51,206 bases of DNA, from IMG/VR virus record IMGVR_UViG_3300020045_005791, positions 1 through 51,206 of that record. One strand, 5' to 3'. The translations under genes were made by a program, and so were the position numbers. The stretch comes from a virus. Taxonomy: Duplodnaviria; Caudoviricetes. Below the pieces are notes generated by a model. That model saw only the letters and a list, made by a program, of their open reading frames with translations, did no database searches and was not told the origin of the DNA. Positions 18,093-27,549 of this stretch are shown here, piece after piece. How positions within the stretch are numbered: the first letter of the stretch is position 1; each line of letters begins with the position of its first letter.

Positions 18093-19375
18093 TTACTCCA
18101 ACTGTATAATGTTGCACGGGTAACGTTTAGCATTTCAGCAACTTTTGTATAATTTATCTTACCTCCTTTTTTAAGCATAATATCAAATATCTCTTTTGGT
18201 GATAATTCTTTATTAATTGACACAATCGATGCAATAGATTTTGTTTCTTTTGCGCTTACTTTTACTTTTTGCGCTTGCTTAATAAAATACTTACTTAATT
18301 CAAACGATTTTAAGATTGTTTCTTTTGAAATTAATACAGGAATAGTGGTTTCTTCAAAACTATTTATTAAATGAATTAATAATGCAAATCTAGGAATGTA
18401 TGATTTTTGTTTAGGTAACATAGATTTCATATACTCATTTTCTTCATCGCTATTTTGCATTATAGAAATTTCGTTATATATTTTTTCCCATTCATATTTT
18501 GCATCTGGGTGCATTTTAAAAACATTAGGTATAATTTCATCATCTTCATTTTTTCGAATATCCATCGAAATATTACGATAAAAAGAACGAACCCAATTAT
18601 CATAATACTCAATAGCCGTATAATCCATTTCGTTAGAATTATACATTTCTATTTTTATTTCAGGACAACAAAGTAAAATTCTATCAAGAAAACCATTACT
18701 TTTATTTTCTTCTGTACTAAAGCTTTCTAAAATTGCAGGTTGAACACCTCCTAAAATCGGAATAAAAGGACGTGGTAAATAAGAATTTCCGCTTTTACGA
18801 TTCATAGAAACTGACTTTCCAGACCACGTAGTTAGCCAAAAAGGTAAATCCGAACCGTTAGAATAACGAGACATATTTTTTACCCATCCATCAAGTTCTT
18901 CTCGAAACATACCCATTGAATTAGGGTTTTTTCCGTGTATATCTACCAATGCCTCAATAGTAATATCATTTACTATAAATTGTTCTGGTTTAGGCTCGTT
19001 TTCTTCGTCTCCGTTAGATTCTTTCCAAATAGCATATTTTCTAGGGTAAGATGAAATTAATTCAGAATTAATCCTTTCAAATGGACGCGTTGCCATCGAA
19101 ATAGATGGAGTTTTTCCAACTCCAGCAGATCCAACACAAGCAATCCAAATATTGCAAAATTCAATCCATCCAGCTTTAACTTCAATACTGCAAGAATTAC
19201 CAACTATTGCACTAACTCCCCAAAGTAAAGAACAACCCATATAATCAATATTACTATCAAGCGTTGAATTTGCATCTAAAATATAAGATTGAATTGGTTT
19301 TGGGAATATTTCAATAGGAAATTCAGATTTTTTTTCCTCGGTAATAAGTGCCGACATTTTATCTTGTAAACTCAT
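18083..19375 (-). CDS. DUF3987-type replication ATPase/helicase-like protein with C-terminal HTH
   Basis: FPIEIFP, Walker A GSAGVGKT, DITIEAL, GGVQP, NGFLDRIL motifs. Confidence 0.8.
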   Translation of the reverse strand: MSLQDKMSALITEEKKSEFPIEIFPKPIQSYILDANSTLDSNIDYMGCSLLWGVSAIVGNSCSIEVKAGWIEFCNIWIACVGSAGVGKTPSISMATRPFERINSELISSYPRKYAIWKESNGDEENEPKPEQFIVNDITIEALVDIHGKNPNSMGMFREELDGWVKNMSRYSNGSDLPFWLTTWSGKSVSMNRKSGNSYLPRPFIPILGGVQPAILESFSTEENKSNGFLDRILLCCPEIKIEMYNSNEMDYTAIEYYDNWVRSFYRNISMDIRKNEDDEIIPNVFKMHPDAKYEWEKIYNEISIMQNSDEENEYMKSMLPKQKSYIPRFALLIHLINSFEETTIPVLISKETILKSFELSKYFIKQAQKVKVSAKETKSIASIVSINKELSPKEIFDIMLKKGGKINYTKVAEMLNVTRATLYSWSKSV

Positions 19376-20214
19376 ATTTTTTCTTTTAAGTATAAATCTG
19401 CAATATCTAATCCATTTTCACAATCAGTAGTTTCAATTAAATCGGAAACTGTAATATTGTAACCAAAATTATTCATTTCTAAAGCCTTATCAAACCATTC
19501 TTTATAACATCCTTTATCAGGAAAAGCAATAATTTTTCTCAACTTTATAGTTGAAATATATTCTATTTTAAAACCGTTTTTTGAACCTGTTGCAAGCCAA
19601 AGAAAATCAGGCACAAACATTGACATTATTACAGCTGTTTTTTCACTTTCAACAATTGCAATAGTTTTTGTTTTATCTTCTTTGGTTAAGTGTAAACCAA
19701 ACAAACATTGCTTTAAATTGTAAGGCTGTTTATGTATCCAATTTATATGTGCTTTTCCATTTTCGTCTTTTACACGCTTTCCTGTTTCTGGATTATATTC
19801 CATAATCTTACCAGAACGAACTCGTTCTAATTGGTCAATTTGCCAAAAAATAGTGTTGTTATTTACGCAGGATAAAAGGTAGTCGAAACGCGCTTTTTTA
19901 ATTTGTTGATTATCAAAAATAGTTTTCAAAAACGTAATTAAATTACAATCATTTTCATTTAAAAAATGCTTTTCTAATATCGACAAATAGATATAATCTG
20001 TTTTTTTTTCTACAACCAATTCTTTAGGAATAAAAATAACATCGTTCGCTTCTGGCTTTTTGTGATAACCGCATTTTTCTTCGCGATCACAACGCATTGC
20101 ACCGCTTACTACATTTCCGCTTTCGGTTTCAATATATTGAACAGCTGTTTTTTTACCGCAACCATCACAAATAATTTTTCCACGTTTAGCGAGTGAATAT
20201 TTGAATTGTTTCAT
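19372..20214 (-). CDS. Primase-like protein (Zn finger plus TOPRIM, DUF6371-like)
   Basis: CDGC..CDREEKCGYH; QCLFGLHL, IVESEKTA, AFPDKG, DIAD. Confidence 0.8.
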   Translation of the reverse strand: MKQFKYSLAKRGKIICDGCGKKTAVQYIETESGNVVSGAMRCDREEKCGYHKKPEANDVIFIPKELVVEKKTDYIYLSILEKHFLNENDCNLITFLKTIFDNQQIKKARFDYLLSCVNNNTIFWQIDQLERVRSGKIMEYNPETGKRVKDENGKAHINWIHKQPYNLKQCLFGLHLTKEDKTKTIAIVESEKTAVIMSMFVPDFLWLATGSKNGFKIEYISTIKLRKIIAFPDKGCYKEWFDKALEMNNFGYNITVSDLIETTDCENGLDIADLYLKEKI

Positions 20215-20372
20215 AATTTTTCAATATGAGTTAGTTCTGAAATTTTCCATTTATGCCATTGCAAACGCGCATCAAGTGTTGGCCTAGATATGCCTAGTTC
20301 TTTAGCGACTTCTTCCTTTGTGGATAATTGAATTCTTTTTTTTACTTTTTGCGTAGCTTCGTATTTTGTCAT
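20211..20372 (-). CDS. Small HTH protein (53 aa)
   Basis: Own translation KEEVAKELGISRPTLDARL; ATGA-coupled to primase. Confidence 0.7.
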   Translation of the reverse strand: MTKYEATQKVKKRIQLSTKEEVAKELGISRPTLDARLQWHKWKISELTHIEKL

Positions 20373-20379
20373 TTTATAG

Positions 20380-20619
20380 TTATTTTGAGTGAAATTTAAT
20401 TTTAAGACGATTTCTTATGCTTATGGTGTATTGCTGTTCTCCATTAGATAAAACTTTATTAAATAGCCTTATTTTAAGTTCTTCATCGTTTATAAACAAA
20501 CTTATCTTATTTGCACTTGAAATTTTCCAATCTTTATCATTCGGCTCTTTAAATTTTACAACAAAGTTTTTATTTATTAAAGCATTAATTGGCTTTTCAG
20601 ATTTCAATCCTTTTTTCAT
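20380..20619 (-). CDS. Hypothetical protein
   Basis: 79 aa ORF within the operon. Confidence 0.6.
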   Translation of the reverse strand: MKKGLKSEKPINALINKNFVVKFKEPNDKDWKISSANKISLFINDEELKIRLFNKVLSNGEQQYTISIRNRLKIKFHSK

Positions 20620-20662
20620 AACGTAAATTTTTTTACAAGTTAATTGCTTAAAAATCCCTCTT

Positions 20663-21052
20663 TCAAGGGATAGTCAAATATACTAAATTTTTTCTTATTT
20701 CTGTTTGGAATTGTTCTAAATTACGAAAAATAAAATATACACCTCCTAACTGCTGCATTCTTTTTTGTATTTCTTTTTGCGCTGGACTTTGCACGCCTGT
20801 TTCTGTTTTACATTCAGCCATTACGCATCGACCATTTACACCGTGAATAATTAAATCAGAAATTCCGTTTACCATTCCCATTTTATGAAGTAAATCTAAA
20901 ACCCGTGATAGTATTTTAGGTGGTAATGGAATTGGCACTCCATTTGGCACGGAATGAATTATTAATCTTAGATTATGATGTTTTAGACAATAAGTGTTAT
21001 TAAACCAAGTATAACATTCTTGTTGAATTTTACTTTCTGGAGTTTCTTTCAT
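20663..21052 (-). CDS. VRR-NUC nuclease (Holliday junction resolvase-like)
   Basis: ESKIQ, VPNG, GISDL, AECKT..G.QSPAQ motifs. Confidence 0.85.
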   Translation of the reverse strand: MKETPESKIQQECYTWFNNTYCLKHHNLRLIIHSVPNGVPIPLPPKILSRVLDLLHKMGMVNGISDLIIHGVNGRCVMAECKTETGVQSPAQKEIQKRMQQLGGVYFIFRNLEQFQTEIRKNLVYLTIP

Positions 21053-22679
21053 AATAATATTTTTCTAATTGTGATTTAATTTTATTTACCAAATATGCTT
21101 TTGTGCGCATTGTTCCTGATTGCAATTCACTGCCTTGGATTATGCTATAAGGACTTTTTATAATATTTCGAATAGACATTTCAAACTTTCCATTATGCAC
21201 AGTATTTATAAAATTTCCTTCGGTTACATTGTGATAGTAGAACAAATCTAATATTTGATTTTGAAGCACAACCCAAGCGAAATTTTTGTCACGTCCTAAT
21301 CGATTACAATATTGAACTATTTTATTTCCATCTGGCAAAGGTACCCTATCAACTAATTTTGCGACTTCTCCAGAAATCAACATTATCTTTTCCTTTTCAA
21401 TAATAGAAAAGCCACATTCAGGACATTCAAGTAAATTCTTTGCGTGTATGTAACCACATTCACCACATTGTTTTACATTTTCTAAAGCTTCTTTTTTTGG
21501 CTTAGGTTTTTGATCTGTTCCGTAAAAAATCGGTTTCCAATCAATTTCATCACTCCATTTTCCGAAAGCTTCAACATTTCCGCCTCCATCTATAAGTGTG
21601 AAATATGGTTTATAAATTAAATCACAAGTACGGCCACCGCGGCCAACCATTTGTAAATATAATGCACGGCTTAGTGTTGCGCGATTCAAAATAACACATT
21701 CAACACTTGGTTCATCAAATCCAGTAGTAAATATTGAAACATTACATAAAATAGCATCGGGTGTATTTTTAAACCATTCTAAAACTTTTTTACGGTTTTC
21801 TGAATCGTTCACACTATCAAAAATTTTCACATTTAGAAACCCTTCACTTTTAAACATTTCATAAACCATTAAATTTATTTTAGCACTCGAATTGAAAATG
21901 ATAGTTTTTTTACCAAATGCAATTTCTTTGTAATTTTTTACAACATCAAATATTCCTTTTTCAATCTGTTCGTCTTGGCTGTCAAAATCACCTGTTTTTG
22001 CATCAATTTTCAAAGAATTTCTATCTAAGTCTCCGGTAGTGTAAACTAATTCCCTAACTAATTTTCCATCGTTTATAAGGTCTGAAATGTCACGACCTAT
22101 AATAATATCTTCGTAAATTTCTGAAAGAGTGTAAGGTCGTGTATATTCGAAAGTTTCAATATTACAGCACGTCTCTATTCTGTCAAAAATATGGCCGCAT
22201 CTTGCACACTTAGTAAAATTTACTTTCTTTAACAAACAAGGCGTTGCGGTAACTCCTAATATTTTGGCTTCTGGATAATATTCGAAAATTTCAGAGTGCA
22301 TCAATAAATGTGCTTCATCGACAATAATCAAACCTACATCTTTACAAAAATTATCATCAACTTTCAAACGCTTTCTTAAAGTTTGAATCATTGCAACATA
22401 AGATTGTGAAAGGTGATTAAGTTTTTTCTTGGAAGCAACAACCGTTTCAACTGTAACTCCAATAGTTCGAAGTGTTGCAGAGGTTTGATTTATAAGTTCT
22501 TCGCGGTGCGCAACTATCAAAACTTTTTTACCTGTTTTTTTTATAAATTGCTTTGACAAAAAAGAAAACACAGCTGTTTTTCCGCCTCCAGTTGCTAAAG
22601 TATAACACACTCGGTTTTGAGTTTCCAAGTGTGTTAATATTTCTTCAATGCTTTTTTCTTGGTGTTGGTATGGTTTCAT
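21030..22679 (-). CDS. SF2 DEAH helicase (RadD/YejH/UvsW-like) with Zn fingers
   Basis: ATGGGKT, DEAH, TAT, TGFD, QMVGRGGR, CGEC..CPEC. Confidence 0.92.
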   Translation of the reverse strand: MKPYQHQEKSIEEILTHLETQNRVCYTLATGGGKTAVFSFLSKQFIKKTGKKVLIVAHREELINQTSATLRTIGVTVETVVASKKKLNHLSQSYVAMIQTLRKRLKVDDNFCKDVGLIIVDEAHLLMHSEIFEYYPEAKILGVTATPCLLKKVNFTKCARCGHIFDRIETCCNIETFEYTRPYTLSEIYEDIIIGRDISDLINDGKLVRELVYTTGDLDRNSLKIDAKTGDFDSQDEQIEKGIFDVVKNYKEIAFGKKTIIFNSSAKINLMVYEMFKSEGFLNVKIFDSVNDSENRKKVLEWFKNTPDAILCNVSIFTTGFDEPSVECVILNRATLSRALYLQMVGRGGRTCDLIYKPYFTLIDGGGNVEAFGKWSDEIDWKPIFYGTDQKPKPKKEALENVKQCGECGYIHAKNLLECPECGFSIIEKEKIMLISGEVAKLVDRVPLPDGNKIVQYCNRLGRDKNFAWVVLQNQILDLFYYHNVTEGNFINTVHNGKFEMSIRNIIKSPYSIIQGSELQSGTMRTKAYLVNKIKSQLEKYYYERNSRK

Positions 22680-22931
22680 TTACTCAATTTTCCAACCTTG
22701 TGCAGAAAGATAGTGTTTGTCTTGCCATTCAGAACCACGCAAATTAATCGATACTTTTACGTCTTGACCAACTGAAAAAGAATCAAGTTTTGAAATATTT
22801 GCATTTACAAATTCAATAGGCAAATCCTGTGGATATTGCTCGCTGGTCGTAACGACAATTTGTTTTTTTGAAAATGTTGCGCTTACTTCCTCAGTAGCTT
22901 TGATGATTTTGATTTTTCCTGAAATTTCCAT
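22680..22931 (-). CDS. DUF3127 OB-fold ssDNA-binding protein
   Basis: MEISGKI, EQYPQ, INLRGSEW, QGWKIE motifs. Confidence 0.85.
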   Translation of the reverse strand: MEISGKIKIIKATEEVSATFSKKQIVVTTSEQYPQDLPIEFVNANISKLDSFSVGQDVKVSINLRGSEWQDKHYLSAQGWKIE

Positions 22932-22932
22932 T

Positions 22933-23778
22933 TTATAATTTTATTTGTGTTAATAATTCTGTTTCAATATATTTTCTACAAGCCAAAACCATTAATTCAG
23001 CCTTTTTTATATAATCTTCATTATATCCAAATTCATAAGCTTTTATACGTAAATTATCTGGTAAATGGTCATAATTAAGTTCTTTTTCTGCCATATCCCA
23101 ATCTTCAATGTCGGGTTCATCTTTATCTAAATCTTTAGCAATTTGCCAAGATAGTTTGTCTATTTGCTCATCACTTCCATTTTCTAAGCAATAACATAAA
23201 CCCCCATTTATTAATCCTGTTAGGCTCATATAACCCTGTAATTGACCATAATAATCCTTATCAGGTTCAGGTTCAAAAAAAGGAAACGTAAAAGCATCAA
23301 ATGGTACTTTGGTATCAATTACTCTTTCAGTATTTTTAGTATCGTAAGTTCCTGTAAAATATTCGTTTTCTAACTCGATTTCATTCTTTGTTAGTTCGCA
23401 ATTATAATATTTAGCAACCCTTTCAATTGCTTTTTCCTCCATTGCTTTTCCGCGTTCGAGGTACTTAGACTTAATATCTTTTTTCTTTCCTGTAAATTCG
23501 GAAATAAGCCACTCTTTACAATAAGATTTTGCGCTTTCGCTTAATATTATTTCATTAATCAAAGGCTTTAATCTTTCAATTTCTTTTTCTATTTCGGGTA
23601 ATTTTTCATTAACGATTTGCAAGGCTGTTTTACATTCTTTATTTTTAAATTCAGATGATCTTACGTTTAAAGATTCTTTTTTCAATAAAACATCTTCGTA
23701 TTGTTCTTTATATGATTTTCCTGAGTGATTAGTCATTAATAAACCAATCTTAGAAGCTCTACATTTAAACTGTTTCAT
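22933..23778 (-). CDS. YqaJ/lambda-exonuclease-like nuclease
   Basis: RASKIG.LM, GKAMEE, TGTYD, DTK, YYGQLQGYM. Confidence 0.75.
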   Translation of the reverse strand: MKQFKCRASKIGLLMTNHSGKSYKEQYEDVLLKKESLNVRSSEFKNKECKTALQIVNEKLPEIEKEIERLKPLINEIILSESAKSYCKEWLISEFTGKKKDIKSKYLERGKAMEEKAIERVAKYYNCELTKNEIELENEYFTGTYDTKNTERVIDTKVPFDAFTFPFFEPEPDKDYYGQLQGYMSLTGLINGGLCYCLENGSDEQIDKLSWQIAKDLDKDEPDIEDWDMAEKELNYDHLPDNLRIKAYEFGYNEDYIKKAELMVLACRKYIETELLTQIKL

Positions 23779-24283
23779 CTTGTAAAGCTTTTAATTGTTC
23801 ATCGGTTAAATCGTATTTTTCTAAGATAGCAATTAACGTTGCTTTTTTATCTTTAATCGCTTTTTTAGCAGCTTCTAAATCTTTAATTTCTACTAAAGGC
23901 AACGCTTCAATAGTCATAGGTGCGCGCTTATTTTTTGCCATAGTAACAAGTACGCGTGTAGATTCTGGAATGTGTGACGCGTGACTAATTCTAATACCTC
24001 CAATTTCAACACCCGCCCATTTTACAGTATCATCACGAAATAATGTAATTCTGCGACCAATGTATTTTAAACCATCAGCGCCCCATAACTGAACTAATAC
24101 CCTTCGCATAGATTTGCAAGGTTTAAACGGCTTGTTATTGTCTCCGTAGAAATAAATTGATACAGGTTGAGCTTCGTCATCGCCTCCTTTAATATCTCTT
24201 ATTTTAATTGTTTTTGTTCCTGAAATCAAATCATCAGCGTTTAATTGATCTGATTTTGGAATGATTGTTTTTGATAAGTCCAT
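23765..24283 (-). CDS. Putative ssDNA annealing/binding recombination protein
   Basis: KSDQLNADDL, PCKSMRRVL, GGIRISH family; paired with exonuclease. Confidence 0.55.
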   Translation of the reverse strand: MDLSKTIIPKSDQLNADDLISGTKTIKIRDIKGGDDEAQPVSIYFYGDNNKPFKPCKSMRRVLVQLWGADGLKYIGRRITLFRDDTVKWAGVEIGGIRISHASHIPESTRVLVTMAKNKRAPMTIEALPLVEIKDLEAAKKAIKDKKATLIAILEKYDLTDEQLKALQDETV

Positions 24284-24305
24284 AATTTCTATATTTTATT
24301 AAATT

Positions 24306-24386
24306 AAAAATTCCCCTCAAGTACCGCCAAGTGACAAGAGAGGAATAGTGTATAACAATCTTGGCGGATTTTGTTTTGTAAAAGTA
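24306..24386 (-). promoter_or_regulatory. Structured attenuator-like leader of recombination/replication operon
   Basis: CCGCCAAG complementary to CTTGGCGG inside a terminator-like hairpin followed by TTTTT. Confidence 0.55.
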
Positions 24387-24399
24387 GTTAATTGTTTGT

Positions 24400-24603
24400 T
24401 TAGAAACAATATAAACTAAGTGCTAATTGTGGATTATTCCATCTTGCATAACCTGTTGATAAATCTATTAAATCGTTAAATACACTATCCGTACACCAGT
24501 GACCGCATTTAAAATAAGCATTTCCATTTTTACCGATGTGATCTAATATAAAAATACGTTTTGATTTTGGTTCTGGATATTTGTATTTTTTAGGTTTCAT
24601 CAC
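24400..24603 (-). CDS. Hypothetical protein
   Basis: 67 aa, FKCGHWC motif. Confidence 0.6.
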   Translation of the reverse strand: MMKPKKYKYPEPKSKRIFILDHIGKNGNAYFKCGHWCTDSVFNDLIDLSTGYARWNNPQLALSLYCF

Positions 24604-24848
24604 ATTTCAGGATTAAATGATTTTCTCATAAGAGTATCTATTTTATTTGTAAGTTCCACAAAATAAGTAGTTTTTTGAATTGTGTAAGTATTAGCACATT
24701 CATTGTTTAGAATTTCGCAAAACTCACTTAGATTGTCTTTTAATAATTTCATTCTCGGAGTTGTCACTTGAAGATCATCTAAATTGTCTTGTAGTAATTG
24801 CATAAGACAATAGAATTTGTGCATATTAATTGATTTTCGTTTACTCAT
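24600..24848 (-). CDS. Hypothetical protein (start MSKRKSIN)
   Basis: ATG just after the methyltransferase stop. Confidence 0.6.
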   Translation of the reverse strand: MSKRKSINMHKFYCLMQLLQDNLDDLQVTTPRMKLLKDNLSEFCEILNNECANTYTIQKTTYFVELTNKIDTLMRKSFNPEM

Positions 24849-24849
24849 A

Positions 24850-25737
24850 TTAAAATAATTTACCATTAATAATATTACCTTTGCCGTTCCAGAAAATAGA
24901 TTCAAATGTTTTCTTTTTATTGTTAGTTGCGCTTAAAGAAGAACGATGTTTAAACATTTCAATCTTTTCAAACGGCACATCGTACTCGCTTAAATAAGCT
25001 GGATACTCTAAATTAGCAAACCACTCATAAAAAGCATCGTGATTAAATCCACCTTCTTTATATTCGCCTGTTCCTTTATATGGAATGTCACAATAAATCA
25101 CAGGATTATTTCCTGTTATCAAAACATTTTCGTAACTTGTATTCGTTGTTTTTAGGTTCTGTAGGTTCTGTAGGCGTGTTAGGTGTTCAATATATCCTAA
25201 GTGTTGTACATTACTTTCTATAAATTTACAAAACGCAATCCTTCTATTTTGAACCCCTACAATATTCACCAATTCAGGAATATCAACTCCTAATTCACGC
25301 ATTGAATCTAAACATCCGTTTACAATAAATTCGTGTGCCAATCGTTTTGAGTTTTCAATATCAGCACCATACATATAACCTTTTTCAGAATTATTCCCAA
25401 AGCTCCAGCAACTCATAACATAACCAGAATACCAATCAGCATCCGTTCTATTGCATTGTTTAAAGAACTCTTCACGTGTTACCCATTCATAAAACTTTGG
25501 CTCTAATTCTTTGTGATTTTTTAAATACTCTACTAAAGAATAAATATGACTATTCAATTCATTGTAGTGAACATTAAATCTATAATCACGAATAGCAGTA
25601 AAACTAATCGAGCCTCCACCGCCAAATAAATCATAAAAATCTGTTACGTTTTTGTGTCTATTTGTAATTTTATGTAATATTTCGGATGCTAATTTTCGCT
25701 TACTTCCCATATAGGGAATTCCTAATTTTTCACTCAT
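24850..25737 (-). CDS. DNA adenine methyltransferase (D12/Dam class)
   Basis: PYMGSKRKLA, DLFGGGGS SAM motif, catalytic CDIPY (DPPY variant). Confidence 0.85.
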   Translation of the reverse strand: MSEKLGIPYMGSKRKLASEILHKITNRHKNVTDFYDLFGGGGSISFTAIRDYRFNVHYNELNSHIYSLVEYLKNHKELEPKFYEWVTREEFFKQCNRTDADWYSGYVMSCWSFGNNSEKGYMYGADIENSKRLAHEFIVNGCLDSMRELGVDIPELVNIVGVQNRRIAFCKFIESNVQHLGYIEHLTRLQNLQNLKTTNTSYENVLITGNNPVIYCDIPYKGTGEYKEGGFNHDAFYEWFANLEYPAYLSEYDVPFEKIEMFKHRSSLSATNNKKKTFESIFWNGKGNIINGKLF

Positions 25738-25900
25738 TATCTTTAATTATTCGATTCCTCAATTCCTCCCTAAGCGATAAATTAGATCGCTTTAAATCTT
25801 GATTTTCTTCGAAAATTTCAAAGAATAGTTGTGAAAATATGTAACAGCCAATTAAGGCTATTACAAGTGCTGCTGTTAGTAAGATGGTTGTTGTTGTCAT
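25730..25900 (-). CDS. Small membrane-anchored coiled-coil protein (56 aa)
   Basis: Own translation MTTTTILLTAALVIALIGCYIF; overlaps both neighbours. Confidence 0.55.
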   Translation of the reverse strand: MTTTTILLTAALVIALIGCYIFSQLFFEIFEENQDLKRSNLSLREELRNRIIKDNE

Positions 25901-26241
25901 AATCCTGTGGTTTTTTTGATTAGTTGTTCGATTTTGTATGATAACATTTCTTCTGCCTTGGCTTTAATGTCACTTTCTAAATAAGAGAATACTTCTTTCA
26001 ACATCTCCAACATCTCATTTCTTTGCTCCAATAATTGACTTGGAAATAAATCGCATTTGTTTATTATGTTGAATGCGTCGGCGATTAGTTGGGTGTTAGA
26101 TTCCTGTTGTTCAATAGTAATGGTTTTAAACATCCCTGAACCTCCACGAAAAGTAGTGGCTATCAAACCAAAATTATCTGTACTTACATCGAAGTTATTT
26201 GTAATACTTGATTTTCCTTTTGTTCCTTTAAAATTACTCAT
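25897..26241 (-). CDS. Hypothetical early phage protein
   Basis: FKGTKG..NTQLIADA..MLEML pattern seen in phage early proteins. Confidence 0.7.
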   Translation of the reverse strand: MSNFKGTKGKSSITNNFDVSTDNFGLIATTFRGGSGMFKTITIEQQESNTQLIADAFNIINKCDLFPSQLLEQRNEMLEMLKEVFSYLESDIKAKAEEMLSYKIEQLIKKTTGL

Positions 26242-26453
26242 AATCCTTTCAGTTTATTAATTACTAATATGTTATTTGATGATTGCTCTAAAATTTCGAT
26301 ACATTCCGAAATTCCTATTTCTAAATCTTGAATTCGCATTCTTAATTTAAAACTTTCCTGTTTTTGCTGTTCGATTTCGGCTAATTCAACTTCGATTTGG
26401 TTGATTGGATTATCCTCGCTAAATGTTCCTTCAATGTAGTCGTCTGGGTTCAT
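26238..26453 (-). CDS. Acidic coiled-coil hypothetical protein
   Basis: 71 aa, ATGA overlaps. Confidence 0.65.
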   Translation of the reverse strand: MNPDDYIEGTFSEDNPINQIEVELAEIEQQKQESFKLRMRIQDLEIGISECIEILEQSSNNILVINKLKGL

Positions 26454-26681
26454 AATTTTGATAAATAAGTTTTTAATAATTCTATTACCTCTTCTAAGTT
26501 TTCAATTGTAGATAATATAGAGTTTCACTCTGTCGCATTGTTCCTGTGATTCCATTACTACGTAAGTGTTGTATATTGTTTTCATAGCGATACATTTAAA
26601 GATTTTCCTCCATAAAGGATTTTCTGAATTAATTTAAATAGTGTTTTCATAGTTTCTAATTTTTTACTGGTTATTGTTTAG

Positions 26682-26784
26682 CAAAGATATAACTTTAATT
26701 TAAGTACGCAAATTAAAATACTAATTTATATTAATTATAAATAACAGAATTAATTTTGTAATTAAATTAAATGTGTTATATTTG
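26682..26784. promoter_or_regulatory. Divergent early promoters
   Basis: TATCTTTG (minus, 26682..26689) and TATATTTG (plus, 26777..26784) at the strand switch. Confidence 0.75.
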
Positions 26785-26813
26785 TACAATAAAAATAACT
26801 TAAAATAAAAATT

Positions 26814-27305
26814 ATGAACATCACAAAAACAATCGCTGCCGAAGTAGCTGAAAAATTATTATCAAAACAAGTTTTAGAATTACAAGGATTAAAAGAAGAT
26901 TTAAAGCAAAAACTTGAAAATATTATTTTAAGCACAATCCCAAAAGAAATTAAGGATTTTTATAAAAAATATCCAAGTTATGTAGAAACAAGACAATCTT
27001 TTCAATTGTCAGGGAATGGATTTGAATATCAATATTTAAATACTAAAAACCATATTCCATCCTTTAAATCATCATTTCAACCAAATGAATCCGATGCGTT
27101 GTTAATTAAGAATTCATTAAACGAAATTAAAGACAAAGAAAAAGAGTATAAAAAACTATTTTCTGAAATTGAAATTGCATTATTTGGATTGAGAACATAT
27201 AAAAGAGTTGAGGAAAACTTTCCAGAAGCGTTTGTATTTTTACCTAATTCAATTTCAAATAAATTAGTTGTGAATATTTCTGATTTACGAAATAAAATAA
27301 AATAA
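26814..27305 (+). CDS. Hypothetical early protein (possibly Nmad5-like)
   Basis: First gene of plus-strand operon; T.KRVEENFPEA C-terminal motif. Confidence 0.6.
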   Translation: MNITKTIAAEVAEKLLSKQVLELQGLKEDLKQKLENIILSTIPKEIKDFYKKYPSYVETRQSFQLSGNGFEYQYLNTKNHIPSFKSSFQPNESDALLIKNSLNEIKDKEKEYKKLFSEIEIALFGLRTYKRVEENFPEAFVFLPNSISNKLVVNISDLRNKIK

Positions 27306-27309
27306 ACCT

Positions 27310-27456
27310 ATGAAAACACACAACGAAAGAGGCGCAGGACGCAAAAAAAAGTATAAGGTAGAAACAAAACTACTTAGAGTACCAATTCCAATTTTAGATA
27401 AAATTAATGAACTTGCAAAACCCTATGAAACAGATCATAAAAACAATCGAGCGTAG
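27310..27456 (+). CDS. Small AT-hook/ribbon-helix-helix-like DNA-binding protein (48 aa)
   Basis: Own translation MKTHNERGAGRKKKYKVETKLLRVPIPILDKI. Confidence 0.65.
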   Translation: MKTHNERGAGRKKKYKVETKLLRVPIPILDKINELAKPYETDHKNNRA

Positions 27457-27549
27457 TATAGAGATTGCAAAAGAGCTCAATGTAAATAAATACACCATTG
27501 TTCGAGATGAGTATAGTGTGAGTGTGAAATTAAATAATAAAAAGTAGTT

